DNA from: Raillietiella orientalis
Lineage: Eukaryota
Length of the DNA: 64,000 nucleotides
Direction: 5' to 3'
Assembly: GCA_036172245.1 (NCBI GenBank)
Contig: JAYWIR010000016.1
Location: 3,038,001-3,102,000, forward strand
In this document: positions 13,601 to 28,499 of the stretch, in pieces
Position numbering within the stretch: the first letter of the stretch is position 1
How the letters are laid out: every line of letters begins with the position of its first letter
Translations under genes and position numbers: made by a program
Notes under the pieces: generated by a model
Seen by the model: only the letters and a program-made list of their open reading frames with translations
Told to the model about the DNA's origin: nothing
Databases searched by the model: none

Positions 13601-14699
13601 GTGTATAATGTGCATTTATTAAGTATTTATGTATTTCTTGAGAAGACTACCTTTTTCTTTTTTTTTTGTATTTCATTACGATGTTTAGAAAATCACCACA
13701 GAAACACAAAGATTAATAATGAAATATCAACAGAAAACATAAAATGACAACTTCATAGGATTTTTTCTCCCCTGTTTAATACCATGTTATGTATTGAGGT
13801 ATGAATCGTTATAGTTGTTTTCATTCATCACCACATATGGTAAAGCTAGTGGAGAAAAAAGTCTCGGAAAATGGAATAATGATGGAAATTTGATTGATCG
13901 CTCTGCACAAAAGAAATGATGGTGATATAATTCATTCTGAGATACATTTGTTTTAAATGGCGTTTTTGGTTAAAGTAAAACACCTGATACATTTCATGTT
14001 TCCATAGAGGGCAGAGAATCTCTATTTTTCCTTCCTAAAAGTCTCAGCGGATCGGTACATCTAAATGAGAATATTTGGCATCCGATGAAACACTGAGATA
14101 TCATGAAATGTCCCTTGTAATTCGCATTTTGATCAAATAAAAAAGGGAAAGCAAGAACAATTGCTTTAAAACACCTGCCGAAAACCACATGTAAAGTTAG
14201 TGAAGTCCCTTCAAAGACTTGAAATCAAGACTCTGTAAATTTTAGTTTGCATAGTCAAGGAATTAAGGCAAACTGTGGAGTCTGAGTCATAGTGAAAAGT
14301 AAAGGCCAATGCATGAGAAGGAATTGAAAACACCATACTGTATGTGAAATTCAGATGTACAAAACTTACTTTATTCAATAGACGATACAAAGAGCTTGGA
14401 AAGCCTTTTGCGATACATCTGTTTTCAAACAAACGCGTGTTCAGACTTAAGATTACAAATGAATTTGATTATGAATTGTATTGAGCCAAAGTGCATAAGT
14501 GTACAAACTGTTTGTATTTTCCATTTCTTGTTCATTTTGCTACAGTATTTTAGCAGCCATGAAATGAAGATGCTGCAAACTCATGGATGCATAAAAATAT
14601 TGCCTTTTTACATTCGAGCCCAAAGACAAAAATACTAAAACATTATTATTTATGAATTATAAAAAAAAGTAAATTCCTCACTATGACGTTTCCAAAATC

Positions 14700-15200
14700 C
14701 ATTAGATCTTTTGCTTTGGAAAGTCATCACTGAAAGCATTGGTAAAATCATCACATCTTTTCATTCCTAATCCTTAGACTGATTTCGAAAAGTTCGTGCA
14801 ATCGTCTCAGAGTGCAGTGATTTATCATCTTATTTTATACGAAGCTTTTGTAAAGTAAAAGCAATTCAAGCAGTAAGACAACTTAAATGCATTCAGTGTT
14901 ATAGCAAATACTGTTTTCATAGGATGCATTTCATCATTTCTCTATGAATCGAAAACAAATATAATTTTTAGGAGACTTCCACTGGTGAAGTCCAATGGCA
15001 ACTACCAGCAAATGGTGATAAAAGAATGCTGAGTTGAGTTGACAGCACAGATATTCATTTGGCAACCGGAAAGTCGTTGTCAAAGACTTCTGCAGTGAAA
15101 GCAGAAAAAATATCTGCAACCTTCGGTTTTTCAGATTGGATCAGCGGATCTTTCTGATTAATCAACAAAACGGAAAGGATGCACGAGAACAAAGCTCAAA
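14700..15200 (+). mobile_element. Possible decayed LINE apurinic-like endonuclease remnant
   Basis: Frameshifted (I)FLGDFH near 14965 and RLDQRIFLIN near 15135 resemble the APE motifs GDFN and SRID. Confidence 0.3.
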
Positions 15201-16307
15201 AGGAGAAAAAATGGCAGCATGCTCCTGAAAATGTTTACGGAAGGAGGCGAGAATAGTAGAGTGCAAAGTTTCTCAAACAGAGATGGATACATTGATGGAA
15301 TATCTAGCAAATTGTTGAAATGTGTGACATGGCTTCAAGCAGTTCGTGTGTATTTATCAATAAAATGTTGGGTCTCTGAGACTTCCATTGGGCTGAGTGC
15401 AGCAAATTTAAGATTGAATAAATTTTACAAAATTAACATGCTAAAATACATTAAGATCGATTTCCTTTTGAAAAGTCTATCATTATAATTAGATAAAAAC
15501 TTATGAATAACAATGAAACTTCGTTCATTTTAAGGCTCTTTACGCAAACATAATCATTTCACATTTCGAATAAGCTAAAACTATGTTCTACGGATAGTTC
15601 TCTTGCATTGGAAACTGTCTTCCCTTTGAAATGAAAAAGCAATCGCAGATTCAGTAGAATGATCATGATCGTAAAACAAGCTATTCAATAAACATGATAC
15701 ACATAATTTTTATGTGTCGTATTACAAATGTTGCACAGGTAAACCGAGTTGATGTACGATTGTAAATGATAATTTGTTCTGCACGTACGCCTCCAAAATG
15801 ATCTATTTTTCCAACCTTCATTTTAATTTCGTGTCAAATTTGATGATAATCATCCCTTTGGCAACATTTACTGTGAATGTTTTTCATATGTGCGATATGT
15901 ATGTGAATTTATGGGTGACAAAAATATTTGGCATATTTCTTTAATAACATTCAGGTATCAAACATTGGATAGCCAAAAAATGGCGAAAAACTGTAGTAAA
16001 ATGAAAATAAAGTAATAAATTTATTGCAGTCAAAAATCACCGGCTTTGCTTTGAGATCATATCGATTCCTTTACAAAAGAATGTTCCAACTCTTGGGTTT
16101 CAACTTTCAAAAACGAAAAATGGTCAAGCACTGATCAATAAAACTGCCTTAAATGTAATGACATTTAAAAATAGGTATGGCTTCTTTTAGGAATTGCGAT
16201 AAATATTTTGAACACTTAAGAGGTTGGAAATTTCTTGAAAGGTATTCATTTTTGGAAATGTTTTTTGATTCATTTTTGTTTTTTTGTTGCATACAAGATC
16301 AGTTTGA

Positions 16308-19300
16308 TCAATCAGTATCCATCACTGATTGTAGATTTATCATTTTCAAAACTTCTGAAGTGGGAAAATTTTCCACTGATGAATCCAGTAATTTGCAATG
16401 ACGATGGCAGTAAAAGTACACAACCACAACTAACAGTATCACAGCTAAAAAAGAAATCATCAACCACAGAATCACCATGTTTACAGAATACTCCACTAAA
16501 ACCGTAAGATGACTATAACCAACAGTATTTCCCAGAATATTACTCATATGACAGCCATAAACACCAGCATCCGAAAGGCTTGTGTTTACTATGATAAGTA
16601 CTTGGTTATTGGCAGTCATAAAATGACGTTCAGTCAAGTGAAGGTGTGAGCCATCTTTGAACCAGTGCAACATTGGGGGAGGTGAGCCACTGGCTAAACA
16701 TTCTAACAAAGCAGTTTCACCCAAATAATATTCCCGATTTTCCATGGGGCGGTATAAAGCAGGGAACTCAAGAACAGTTAAGGTGTGGTTTAAAACAACT
16801 TCACCACCACAATTATTGGCAACACACATGTAAATGCCAGCATCTAAAGGTTGAACATCAACAATAGTAAAAAGAGATTCATCTGAATCAGTAACAAGAA
16901 TTCGACGTTCTTCTGCAGCCCAAAACTTTCCAAATCTTTGCAGTGTCACATTAGGAGAAGGTTGACCTTGAGCACGACAGTCAATTTGTGCCTGGCCTCC
17001 AACTTGCACAGACAACCTAGTATCATTACTCAAGAATGTCGGATAAACTGAGAACACAAAATTAGGAACTCTAATAACTGCAGAAGTCTCTTACCATAGA
17101 TGGTGATATTAGCAATAGTAGAATATACACGTCCTAAAATGTTGGAAGCTTGACACTGATACTGACCAGCTTCATTATCACTAATGTTGTTTGCTAAGAA
17201 ATGGGAGACCCAAACCCAAATCCCATCACTATTTTTATGAACAATAGTGTTCAGAGAAGTTTCCTATTCAATCTAAATATTGAGTAATATTGAAAATAAT
17301 CTTACCTGAATTGGCCACCTATTCTTAGTCCACAGAAACTTAATATCTGATTGCATTGGGGATCTCACACTACAACTGAGGTGGAGAGTTTCTCCTTTAG
17401 ATGCTATGCCTGATTTAGGATGTTCACTTATTTCAGGAAGTGAATGATTAACTACAAAGGATCAAAGTAAACATGCAAACAAGGTGATCAATAAATGCAC
17501 AATGCAAACTTACAACATTCTTTCATTTGTTCTGCACCTAAATCACTAAATGCCAGTCCTTTGTACTGAAGAGGGAAAGCACACACACCACTAATTTTCA
17601 TATGTCTTTCTTCCAACCACTTTAAAAACCAGCTAGCATGACAATCACACACAAAACTGCTTGTATTAATATCAATTTCATAAAGTTGGGGGCTCACAAG
17701 GAATGGGTTTAATGGCAAAATAGTTAGTTCATTCCCATTCAAATTTAAATGCTTAATGTTATTCAATCCTACAAAGGCTGTTTGAGAAATAGACTGAATT
17801 CCATTATTGTAAAGTGAAAGATGCTGCAGATGATGAAGCCCAAGAAATGTTTCTGAAGCATCTTCAATGTTCCAAGATAGCTTATTCTGCCCCAAATCTC
17901 TGATAAAAAAATGCAATAAATATAAAACTAAAGATAGCAAAACTTACAAAACTTGTAACTGTTCAGTGGAGATAAAAGTTAATGGTTCAATGTATGTGAT
18001 ATTGTTATGATCCAAGAACAATTTCCGGAGTTTCTTTAAGTGTAAAAATGTACTAGTATTTATAACAGCAAGTCTATTAAATGATAATTTTCTGGAAAAA
18101 AATAAAATAAGAATTCTGAAGAAATCGAAAAACCACAAAATACTTACAAAATATGCAAATTACGACACTCTTCCCAAGCTGATTGTTCAATTAAACCTAA
18201 ATTATTATTATTTAGGAACAACTGACTTAAAAACTCAATTCCAAACAGCCAATCCTTGCTTATAACTTCAATCTGATTATAACTAAGATTACTATAATAA
18301 TATATATAAATATCCTGATAGATCCAATACATACTTACAGTTGCCTCATATTTTTCAATCCATAAAACGCTGCTGTATGTAAATGCTGTATTCGATTTTG
18401 TTGAATTTTAAGAATACTAAGGCTATACAAACCATTGAATGTAAGACTTTCAACAACTGATAAATGATTATGACTAAGATCTCTAAAAGAATTAAAATAA
18501 TAGTTTATGTCTCATTACTTCAACATACTAACAGATAAGCAAGTTTTTTGAGTTCTTTAAATAGATCTTTGGGTATGGTAGTAAGACGGTTCCTTCTCAG
18601 TAATAAACACTTGAGATACGTCACATTATTTAAACTGTTGGAATCAATGTGCTGAAGATTATTGTTGTTCACATTCCTTTAAAAAGAGAAAAAAAGGCAT
18701 TTTGGCAGGATGAAATGAATCAAAGATATTATATTTCTGCAAATGCAAAACAATAACGTTTGTGGCAGTTACACTGCATCCAAATTCTATGAAAATTTAG
18801 GATAATACATAATTAATCTTTAATATTTAACTGATTCTTAATCTGATCTTAATTCTTAATATTTAAACTTCTTCCAAATCAGCATTGAACATGTATTACT
18901 GTACAACATAGAAGCTACAAAACTCATTCATTCAATTATTTTTTGTTTGGATTCATCGATTTACAAAGTTTATAATTGGAAGCTCAATCACATGTTACTC
19001 TACAATGCCGAGTTCTCCAGTCACATACAAATTTTGTTTATTTAATTTCATGGAGTATTCTGCTTTTCAATGAATTAGCTTGGTAAAATGGCATGATTGC
19101 ACAAATTCTTTCCAGACTACATTCCATGACAATCTCCAAATAAACTAAGCATTATTTTTGAATAGAATTCTTCATTTTAAGTACCTTAATATTTGTTAAG
19201 AAAGCAAAATTTTTAAATGCATTTTTATTCTGCCTTTGTATGCTACACAGAAAATTCAAGCCATGGGTTCGGAACTCGATATGATTTTTATTACTTCATT

Positions 19301-21507
19301 ATACGGCTATATTTAAATACATAATATACGTTGTTTTTCATTTTTGCTAAACAAAAATCATGTAAAATTATCCTTATCCATATTTCCAGATAACCATTAC
19401 CATTCAGATGATTTGTATCATGTTACTGTATTTTACTTTCTCATGAAATTGTCATGTACTTGTCAAATAAATAAAATAATGAAGATATAAATGAATGGAC
19501 ATTATCTGTAATATAAGATCATAAAAGTAGTACTACACTATATAGATTATAAATATACATGCAAATTTTGCAAACAGAACTTTCCAAAATTCAAGCATCA
19601 GGTGCAGCATATAAAGATCTAACAAAATTCACAACATATGAGCAGCCACATACATAAATTAATCGTGAATTAGCTGGCAGACTATAAATTACTTCTACAA
19701 GGTTTAACAGAACATGCAAATTGTGAACACTGCATTTTTAAAATAAATTTGCTGTACTTCATCCTTAATTTATCTGTTCTAGATAGAGAATCAAAAACAG
19801 ATTAAATACAATTACAGAAAACTATGCATAATCCTTTTTAAAATAAGAAAGACAATGCTAAAATGTAGACGGATAACTTCATTAAAAAAATGAATTCTAA
19901 AACATGCTTACAAGGTTTCCAATTCACTGTACTTGGGGAATGTATTGACATGAAGATATTGTATTTTATTATGGGAGACATCTAAGTATTTCAAATCTTT
20001 CAATGCTACGAAAAGTCTTCTATCTAATAATTTAATTTTGTTATGAGATCTAAAAACATAAGTATAATAGATTCTGATAAAATTCATAATTGAAAACACT
20101 TTAAATTTTGAATACCATTATTTATTACACACAATATTTATTTTTTATATTACTTTGTTCATAAAGAAAACCGTTGATATAGAATTATTTGTATGAAAGG
20201 TAACCATGCTGACAATAAGTACAATCCAAGCATAAAACCTAGATAACCGAAAAACACTTATAAATATGACAGAGATAAAACAATGAATAGAAAGGAATGA
20301 TTAATTAAGCACACTAACACATAACAACCAAGGTAATTGGGAATTCAAGAGATCATAACTTTTAACAGAAGTCAATTTTCCCTATTTGATACACTCTCTT
20401 CTTTGAAAAGCACGTGCAAAGAACTTAAAACAAATGATTGTTTCTAAACACTCGTAATTTCCATTAAATATAAACAAACTGGTAGCAATCATAATTTCCA
20501 TCATTACAAGTAAGAACTGTTAAGATTCACTCTACTTTAATCTTAACATTAATTTTGATAAAAACTGACCTCTCTATTTTTCTAAAAACTTCTATAGCAA
20601 ATACACATGATGGATGCAACATGATTATTTGAAGATTATAGAAAAAAATAAGTAATATATTCATTCAACATAAATACTCAAATTTAATTACGGAATCATG
20701 CAAGCTAGATTTCTTCTATACTAGGAACTAAATCGGGATGCTGCAATCATGACTGAAGTCTGTCTTTTTGTTAAAAGTGCAAACATTAGTTAAAAATCTA
20801 CAGAGCATACATTATAATATTAAAGTTAAAAATCCAAAGAAAACTGAATTTCAAATTTATTTCCTTATTTATTATCACTTGACTATTACATACTGATCCT
20901 AGAATAGATTGGAATGTCTGTAAATTATGCCTGTCCAATCAACTGTTACAAATACTATTGCTAAAGGGTAAGAAAAAACTATTGAAAAAAATGTAAGCAA
21001 TGCTTCGAAACTTCCGAAAAACCTGATGGCCGAATCACAAAAAACTAAGGTCAATACAGTTCTATTTTGATAATCATGATAATGACCCTTTATTGAAATA
21101 AAACTTCAAAAGTCAGAAATGAAAATATAAAACCCAAGATGCCACAAAAACCCTTTAGCATAAAACGATAAAAACAAAAGGCTAACATCAACTATCACTA
21201 AATCAACCGTGTTATGACTTCAATCTGATTCTTGAAAAGGCAGTAATTTTCACATGAATTTCAATAGCAGCCGAAATACTTACAAGCATAAAGCATTTAT
21301 AGTGTTTTTTTTGAAGTATGAATTCATATACTGCTCATTCTGCAAAACATGCTCACTATTCAATAGAAAATAAGAGGCTTTAATTGAGATATTGGGACAT
21401 TGCTGTTTGCAAGTAGATGAAGCTGGATTTTCTTGAGATACACCCACATAAAGAATTAAAAAATTGGCATAAAATAGGTGAATTTTTGTGACATTCTTTT
21501 CTGTCAT
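16308..21507 (-). CDS. LRIG: LRIG/lambik-like receptor: signal-like N-terminus, ~14 LRRs, LRRCT, 3 Ig domains, TM, short tail; ~10 exons
   Basis: Exon 21507-21284 splices to the exon at ~20049 and rebuilds an LRR (INALCL/SHNKI). A series of two-LRR exons follows, then FVCDCHASWF (LRRCT), Ig motifs (DAGIYMCVANN, LECLASGSPPP, DAGVYGCHMSN) and TM ILWLMISFLAVILLVVVVYFY. Confidence 0.88.
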
Positions 21508-23149
21508 CTTATGGATTAATATGGATTAAGAACCGTAAAGGAAGCATGCACTTCCTTAGGTCAAAAATGTTTCTGTCTTATCTTGAGTATTCACATATTT
21601 TCACATAGATGAGTCAATATTCATTCACAGTTTTTCTAGCATGAAGATTGCAAAGTAAGACTGAAACAAACACTGTTCATTGTAGATATTCTAACAAACT
21701 TGAACTTTTCCTGGATATACTTCAAAGTCAGCATCCTAATATCAGGCAGGTTGATGTGCAAGGAAACGTCGCATTGGTATGATAAAAATGCTATAAAAAA
21801 AACAAAAGTTAGAAAATAAACCCGATTAACAGCACAAACGTAGAAGGGAAAAACAGCATTGATCACGAATTTAAGAAAAACCATCTACTGAATAATTTAT
21901 AGCGTCGGAAACAACAGGGAACGCATTGCACAATTTACCCTGAAGCTTTTAAACGTTCCGACTTGAAGAGCAAACAAAAGAACCAATAATAATTAATTAG
22001 CACCAATAATTTGAAAATACATAACAGCACAACAATTGGGAATTCTTCTGAAAACTAAGCTATAACATCACTTATTACTTTAAGAACTATAAGACTCAAA
22101 ATACTCACAGATTAATCATTCTTCGATTCCCAAGGTATTTGTTTACCATACGGCATAAGGTTACCAAGTCTTGTTTATGATGAAAATGATTATAAGTAAA
22201 AAATACACAATGAAAACTCTTTACACGATAATTTATGAGTTTCTGAGAAACAGGAAATTTAATTTAGTTTGCACTTTGTGCTGGGATGGTTTCTGAAACA
22301 GATATAACGCAGTGACATCCTTTGCATATACCTTTAAATAAATATTAACTAGGTCATAAAGTGTTGTCAAACCTGCTACAAAACGTAGTCCCAACAAGTA
22401 TTGGGAGCAAGCATACGAAAATGATCATTTCTTTTTACGTACTCAGTAAAGCAATTTCAATTCTGTAATCATTATATTGTGTTTTGGCACGACAACTAGA
22501 TGCATATGCATACATATGCACTACAACTAGTGAAATGATCCTTGCCATCTAAAAACTCTCCATTCCATGAAATACGTTTGGTTAAAACAAACTCAATACA
22601 ATGAGGAAACCATGCTGGTATTCAGTGTTTCAGAATTAGATTGAAATTAGTCAGATCAGGAGTTTCCAGCATTGTCATTAAAGTGCGCGTATACTGTCAC
22701 AGTACTGGTTTATAATTCAATGAAATTACTAGACTTCATTATGTTAAATCCAGAAGTATTGGACAAAGCATCAAATCGTGGTTTCGTGATAGCCACAGTA
22801 AAACACTCGCAACAACGGCGCTAATTTATTTGCGAGTGCATTCTCTTCATGATTGTAGAAAAGTGGAGATTTATTTAAGTTTGTCTGAATCCATCAGAAT
22901 ATTAACCATACGTAATCAAAGTACGGTAAATATGAATAAAACTGAAAATAAGCAATATATTTAGATTCATGATAGACACTTAAACAGCATAATGAATAAC
23001 AACAAATGGGTAAATAAAAGAAGAATTTTCCGCAATAAATAAGGATCGACACACAAAAGAGGAATATTGTAAGTAGAAAAATGAGTTTTTAGAGGAATTC
23101 TAAACACTGTCTAAAGCTATCTGGATATTATATTGCAGTCGAAATCTTC

Positions 23150-24990
23150 AGCTCGAATTTAAATTATTCATATAAATTGTAAGAATCTTTATCAAATGTA
23201 AGTGAAATTGCACTTGAATGTCTGAAATATAAGTACACTTTCTCACGGTGCTCAAGAATGGTTGTAGTGTCCACAGCAACCCGGTACTGTTCTGCACGAC
23301 AGAAGAGCACCATAGGTGACGATATATTAGAAAAGGAAGTGTCACACATCAACGATCGCAAAGTGCAGAGTGCTAAAATGGACTCTACCCAAGAATCATG
23401 CGATCTGTGGAATCCACTCGGAGATGCAAAGGAAGGATGCAAACACCACACATCTGATGTCCTCTGTTCCATTGGTGAATGTCCTCAACAGTTCTTCTGG
23501 TCGATGATCTCTTGGAAAAAATTAGGAACATCCACAGGAGGCTCATTAGGAATGTGGGCGAAAATGCACAACAACCTATGTTGCACATCGTAAGACCCCT
23601 GACATCTTAAAGAATCAGCACTGGCAGTTCTTCGATAGATTGAGTAAAGAGAAGAATTTCGTCCGGTCTATCTTCTCGGAAGAAACGCTGTTGAAGCTCC
23701 GACGTGACAAAGATCCTGAGAATTCCTACTCTAATCGTGCTCCACCGGTGTTTCCACAAACCAAAAGATGTATAGATATCAAAGAGATTACTATGCATGA
23801 CGTTCGGACACAGAGCTCCGCTTACTTTGTTTACCCCAAAGTCCTCTGTTCCAAGTATGGAAGGAAAAGGCACCCTTGTTTGCTTACATCGAAGGTCAAA
23901 CTGCCTCATTTAATACCACACCAATCCTGAGTTCTGGAAGATCGTAGAATGAATCAGTTACAAGAGAAATCTTTTGAGCAGTGGGTAAACGGGAAATTGA
24001 AAATCTAGGAAGCGATGTTTTTTAAATAACTGCAATCTATGCAAATATTGATCCTATACTTGAAAAAGAGGAAACGGAGAAGGAAATTACAACCATGGAA
24101 TCCATCAAGTGGAGGCAGGTAGAGTGATGGTCTTGAACTTAGTCAGACGCAGAGCACATTTGAATCCAAGTGCTCGAGAAGCGAATCGTGGTGGTATCAA
24201 AGCGTCGGAATAAAGCAGAGGACGATACTTCCAAAAAGAACAAATGGTGAAAGAACTCTCACTGAGGTGAAAGTGACCGACGAGACGGAAGGAAAAGTAC
24301 TATCATTTCTTCTCCACTCCCCGAATGAAGAGGAAAAAAGGATTCTGAGCCAGTCCGAGAATTATCACAACTTTAGATCACGAGAAGGAAATGCGGAGTC
24401 AGAAACTCTACCTACGTCGATTTGCATGGGTTCCCCATCGTTCCACAAAGCAATCTAATAGCATCCTGACCTGAACGAGAAAGAAGAAAATCCATATGAT
24501 GACTCCCAAAAGACAAGCCTCACCAAAACCTGTTGGATTGCCTAAACAGAATAACAAAGGTGAAACCGATCTAGGAAAATAGACAGGAAACCAAGAACCT
24601 CTAATAAAGATAATTTGTTCCAGCAAGAGAGCATGCACCCAGTACAAGTAAAGAGTGGTTTCTCTCTCGAAAAACAAGATGCTATTTACAACCATGAAAT
24701 CATTAGAAGAATCGTGTATGAGAGCATTCTGGGATAAAGGATTCTTGTAGTGGAGAGCTATTCACCAAAAACGGTTGAAAATCCACAAACCAAGGCATAA
24801 CAAGGACCAATGAGAACGACAAGGCATTCCGAAAACCAAAAGTCCTTCAAGGGAAATCCTTTTCACACAAACGAATTCTGAAAGGCTGGAAGGCCAAAGA
24901 AATGGAAAAATGAGTACACTGACAACGCCAAAACATATTTGAGAAAGGCTGTGAGAGAACTACATTCTTCCCAATTCCGACAAGCGGTGG
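23150..24990 (+). mobile_element. Degenerate Ty3/Gypsy pol remnant (protease-RT-RNaseH-integrase traces)
   Basis: Fragments include VLLVDDLLEK (protease end), APPVFPQTKR and VLCSKYGRKRHPCL (RT start), and KRILSQSENY plus LHGFPIV (RNase H). It is heavily interrupted. Confidence 0.5.
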
Positions 24991-24999
24991 GGTGAATGC

Positions 25000-26420
25000 A
25001 TTCAGCTCACCTTAAAGCAAACTACAACTTAAGCAAAAACTTCAGCATTGTAATTGCGTGTTCTTCAAGGGTGGATGGGGGATGGTTCCGTTTGTCTGGA
25101 TGTAATTGTCAATTTTCCTCAGGATGTAATGATACGTCCAGGAGGAGATCCTCCCGCAATGCCTGTCTCCTTTTGTGTTGGTCCTTTGAGGATTTCCAAA
25201 GCCGATGTTCCTTGTCGGTGCTTTTGCATTTTTGTCTTTCTTATTACTATTGCTGTAATGAAGAAAGCAAGCGTGGTTCGTATCTTTGGGTTGTACGTTT
25301 CCGTTCTCCTAAAACAAACCCGACAGGATTTCCACATTGGTGATGTTTTGCAGACCAGTCACCACCTTCACTGCTTGCCAATCAGGTTGAAGCGTGGGGC
25401 AGGTGAACACGTGGAGCTGGGTTTCTTCGGCTATACGCGCGTTGCACAGTCCGTCCTGAATATTCCCGGTCCAGTGTTGAAGTCTGAAACCACTCGGGAT
25501 CCCTAGGTGGTAGAACAACAGGAGGTCACCCTGGGTGTCCGGGGGAAGGTCACTCCTCGAAAGTGCATCGCCAGCACGTTTGCATGTTCGCATGGCGGCT
25601 TGGAGCTGCATCGAGGACATCGTTGTCTTGATGTTTCTTCATTGTTTCTTCTCTTATCTTGGCTTTGGTCATCAGCATCCACGCTCGTTTCCAAACTTCC
25701 ACGTTTTATAGCTAAACTTGCCTTTCATTTGAATGCTGTAGCGAAACAGTCGCGTGGCGAACTGTTCGCAATGTTCGATTCTTATCTTTGGCCTCTGGTG
25801 TGCGTCCAGGTTGACGTCTCCCTTGGAACCAAGACAAAGTAGGGTATCACCAAGGCCAGTTCTCGTTCCCAAATTCCTTTATTTCTAGGCAGGATCTTGA
25901 ATTGGAGATGCCTCACCGGTGTTTCCTTCCTCTTCCACGTGGGGTCGATGTTAACCCACTCTCCAGTAGCGCCTATGAGGACAGACAGCGGATCTCTTGA
26001 GTTGTTCAGCAACTTCGAGTAGGCTCTGTGTGCCGCAAAGGGCAACTCTTACCATTTTGCAATGAGCTGCAGAACTTGCCGCGCATCGATGGTCTCCACG
26101 AAGTGTGCTAACGGTAGCACTCCGGTCCCACCTTCCTACCTCTTGTGAGGGAACCACACACCGCTCGATCGTGTTTTAGACACCGAGGAGATAAGTAACT
26201 GTCTTCAGAGATTCAAGAAGCGAACTCCCTCTCGGCCATACCTTGGTTCAATTCGCCATCCGGGGCAGGAAGCCATTGGAAAGCCTCCAGGAAAAGACAA
26301 AGTTTACGAGCATGATCCTTTGATAAGGACCTAAAGCGATCTGCCAGTGAGGTCATTAAAACCATGCTACACACCACGACTACTAACGGCAGGTAAAAGA
26401 AGTGTGGCACCACATAGTAC
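25000..26420 (-). mobile_element. Degenerate Ty3/Gypsy gag-protease remnant
   Basis: PBS-like TGGTGCC at ~26410 (-), a decayed Zn-knuckle region (CPRCSSKPPC / RTCKRAGD), a protease-like VVSDFNTG, and PPGRII..TITSRQTEPSPIHP resembling the RT N-terminus. Confidence 0.4.
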
Positions 26421-26559
26421 ACAAACAGCTTGTACACCGAGACACAGAAAGAAACCCTTCGGCAGCAAACGAACGGGGTAATGAAAACCCAGAATTTCCC
26501 TATTCGACTTATTGGCTCCAATGCATCAGGAGATCCACCAGTCATTTAGTGGAAGAGTC

Positions 26560-27450
26560 AGGCATGCTGGGAAAAGAAAAAAATTCAAGGGCGCATCCTT
26601 GTTTAGCACTGGCAAGGAAACGTAAGCGCCTACGGCTTGAACTGCTAATACATGCTGTCTGATGAAAATACATTTCCTTCTTCCTGCTCAAGGACTCTGA
26701 AATCATCCGCACTGAGGCATGTGCACGGGGAAACAGCAGCAACTGAAGCTGAAGATGGAGATCACGATTCAGGAAGGAAGTGGTTGCGAAGTGTCTGATC
26801 GAAGTCCAAATCTGCAACACCGGCCTCGCTTGAAAGTCTGTCTGCAGCTGTTTATCGAACCAGTTGGACAATCAAGGAGAAAGGCAACCTTCCCGGCGTC
26901 GTTTTATCAAAGTAGGATGCAGCTGTTTCCCAAACAAGATGGCTTCACTATAGTTATCACGCAAGAATACAGAACTCGGCATGCTCATTTTGAAGATGCT
27001 GGATCTACGCCTCCAGCTAAGGATGGTCCGGATTGGATGCAGCTTTGGTGCTGCCTACGCGCGAAATCCTATGATGCGCTGCCGGTCGACACGCGGGATC
27101 GCTACAACCGAGAAATCATGAAGGCGTTCGGGTGACCAATGGGAACCGAGCTCTTCCCTGCGGGACAAACCTCTGTGGATCTCCTGTCGTCCAGCACCTG
27201 AGAGGATTGGGGGCAAAAAAAAGCGGGCACCTAGACTTGCAGCACGAGTGCCGACGCTACCCCATGATACGTTTCATACACAACCCGTAAGCAGTCTCCC
27301 AGGAAGAAGAGGAGAGGGACGGGAGGAAGTGAGCCCGAGCCACTGCCGCAGCGCGAGTCCCCCCTACGGGAGAGAAACGACGGTTGCCAGGCGGCAGGAC
27401 GGGTGACATCGTAGCAACGAGCGACGAGATCGGTCAGCCGGTGGAAGGCG
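26560..27450 (+). mobile_element. Degenerate Ty3/Gypsy gag remnant
   Basis: A coiled-coil stretch (QQQLKLKMEI) is followed by HFEDAG...DWMQLWCCLRAKSYDALPVDTRDRYNREIMKAFG, which follows the gag pattern FE..W..L..L.GKA..Y..L....Y..I..AF. Confidence 0.5.
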
Positions 27451-28499
27451 GGCTGAGGATGGCACTAGCGCGCCGATGCCCGGTGTCGGTTCCAAGATTC
27501 TGTCCCCGCAAATGGTGACCAATCGCCAGCACCTGGACAGCTGTGTGCTGCCCCTCAGGCGGCAGCGCAAAGCGGCTTTGCTGCTCGCGCACCGGGACTT
27601 CCCGTGAGGCTGGAGGCGGCACCGCTGGACGGGCGGGGGCGGTGTCTTACCCCCTTTCCTCTCCCCTCCCCTGAACTACGCTCGCTGCGGGGAAATCGAA
27701 ACTTCCGCGCACCCGCTGCCGGAAGACGCGGTGGCCTTCGGAGCGTGCGAAAACGCCTCGCGGCTGCCCCACTTAGAGTCGCAGACACCCCGGAAGGAAG
27801 GCTGCGGCGCTGCTTCGCGCGGGACGGGCTTCCGCCTGCCTCCCCAACCGCCCCCCCACCCATCCTGTGTTGCGTCACGAGGATCGCGGTATCCCGGAAC
27901 ACAGAGGAGAAGCGTCAGCAGATAAGACCGCACGCCTCAACTCCGCAGCAACGTGGAATGGTCAAAATGGTCTGGATGGTGAAGTGCGGCGAAGTGGTGG
28001 AGGTTGGCAGAGTCAAGGACGACGCCGGCACCGCATGCAGGCTGCAGAAGACGCGGCGGGTGTGACGGGTGACCTCCGTCCCTTCCCCTCCTTTAGTTAT
28101 CCATTTCTTGTCCCTTTCCCTGCGCTCTCCCTTCCCTTCTGTGCAGCGGCCTGCGAGTCTGTGGTTTTCTTTTCTTTTTCTCCTCCCCCTGAATTCCCCA
28201 AAGACCAGTGAATTGAAGAATCCAAACTGCCTGTTCCTTTTGTTTGCGTAATAAACGGCCGGGCTCATCCGGGTGAAAACGGAAGTCCGAGCCCCTCCTT
28301 CAGGGAGCCATCGAAAAGTGTCAACCTCAGCACTGTTGCTCTTGCACCGACTTTAATTGATCATCGGGCATTTTTTTTTTTTTTGTGCTGACGAAGATTT
28401 CGCGATGCAGCAACCGATGTTGCCGCAGAAGCAGTCGTGGATCGCGCACACGGTGGCATTATCCAGGGTATTCGACTTTCTTCCTTTGCCAACCGCTAG

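Noticed and set aside
22108..22150. Minus-strand GTGAGT donor upstream of LRIG as a coding exon
   Set aside because: It has no signal peptide, and exon 21507-21284 already supplies the N-terminus; at most a 5' UTR exon.
27398..28075. GACGGGTGAC repeated at ~27398 and ~28064 as a possible LTR pair
   Set aside because: The match is only 10 nt and does not extend.
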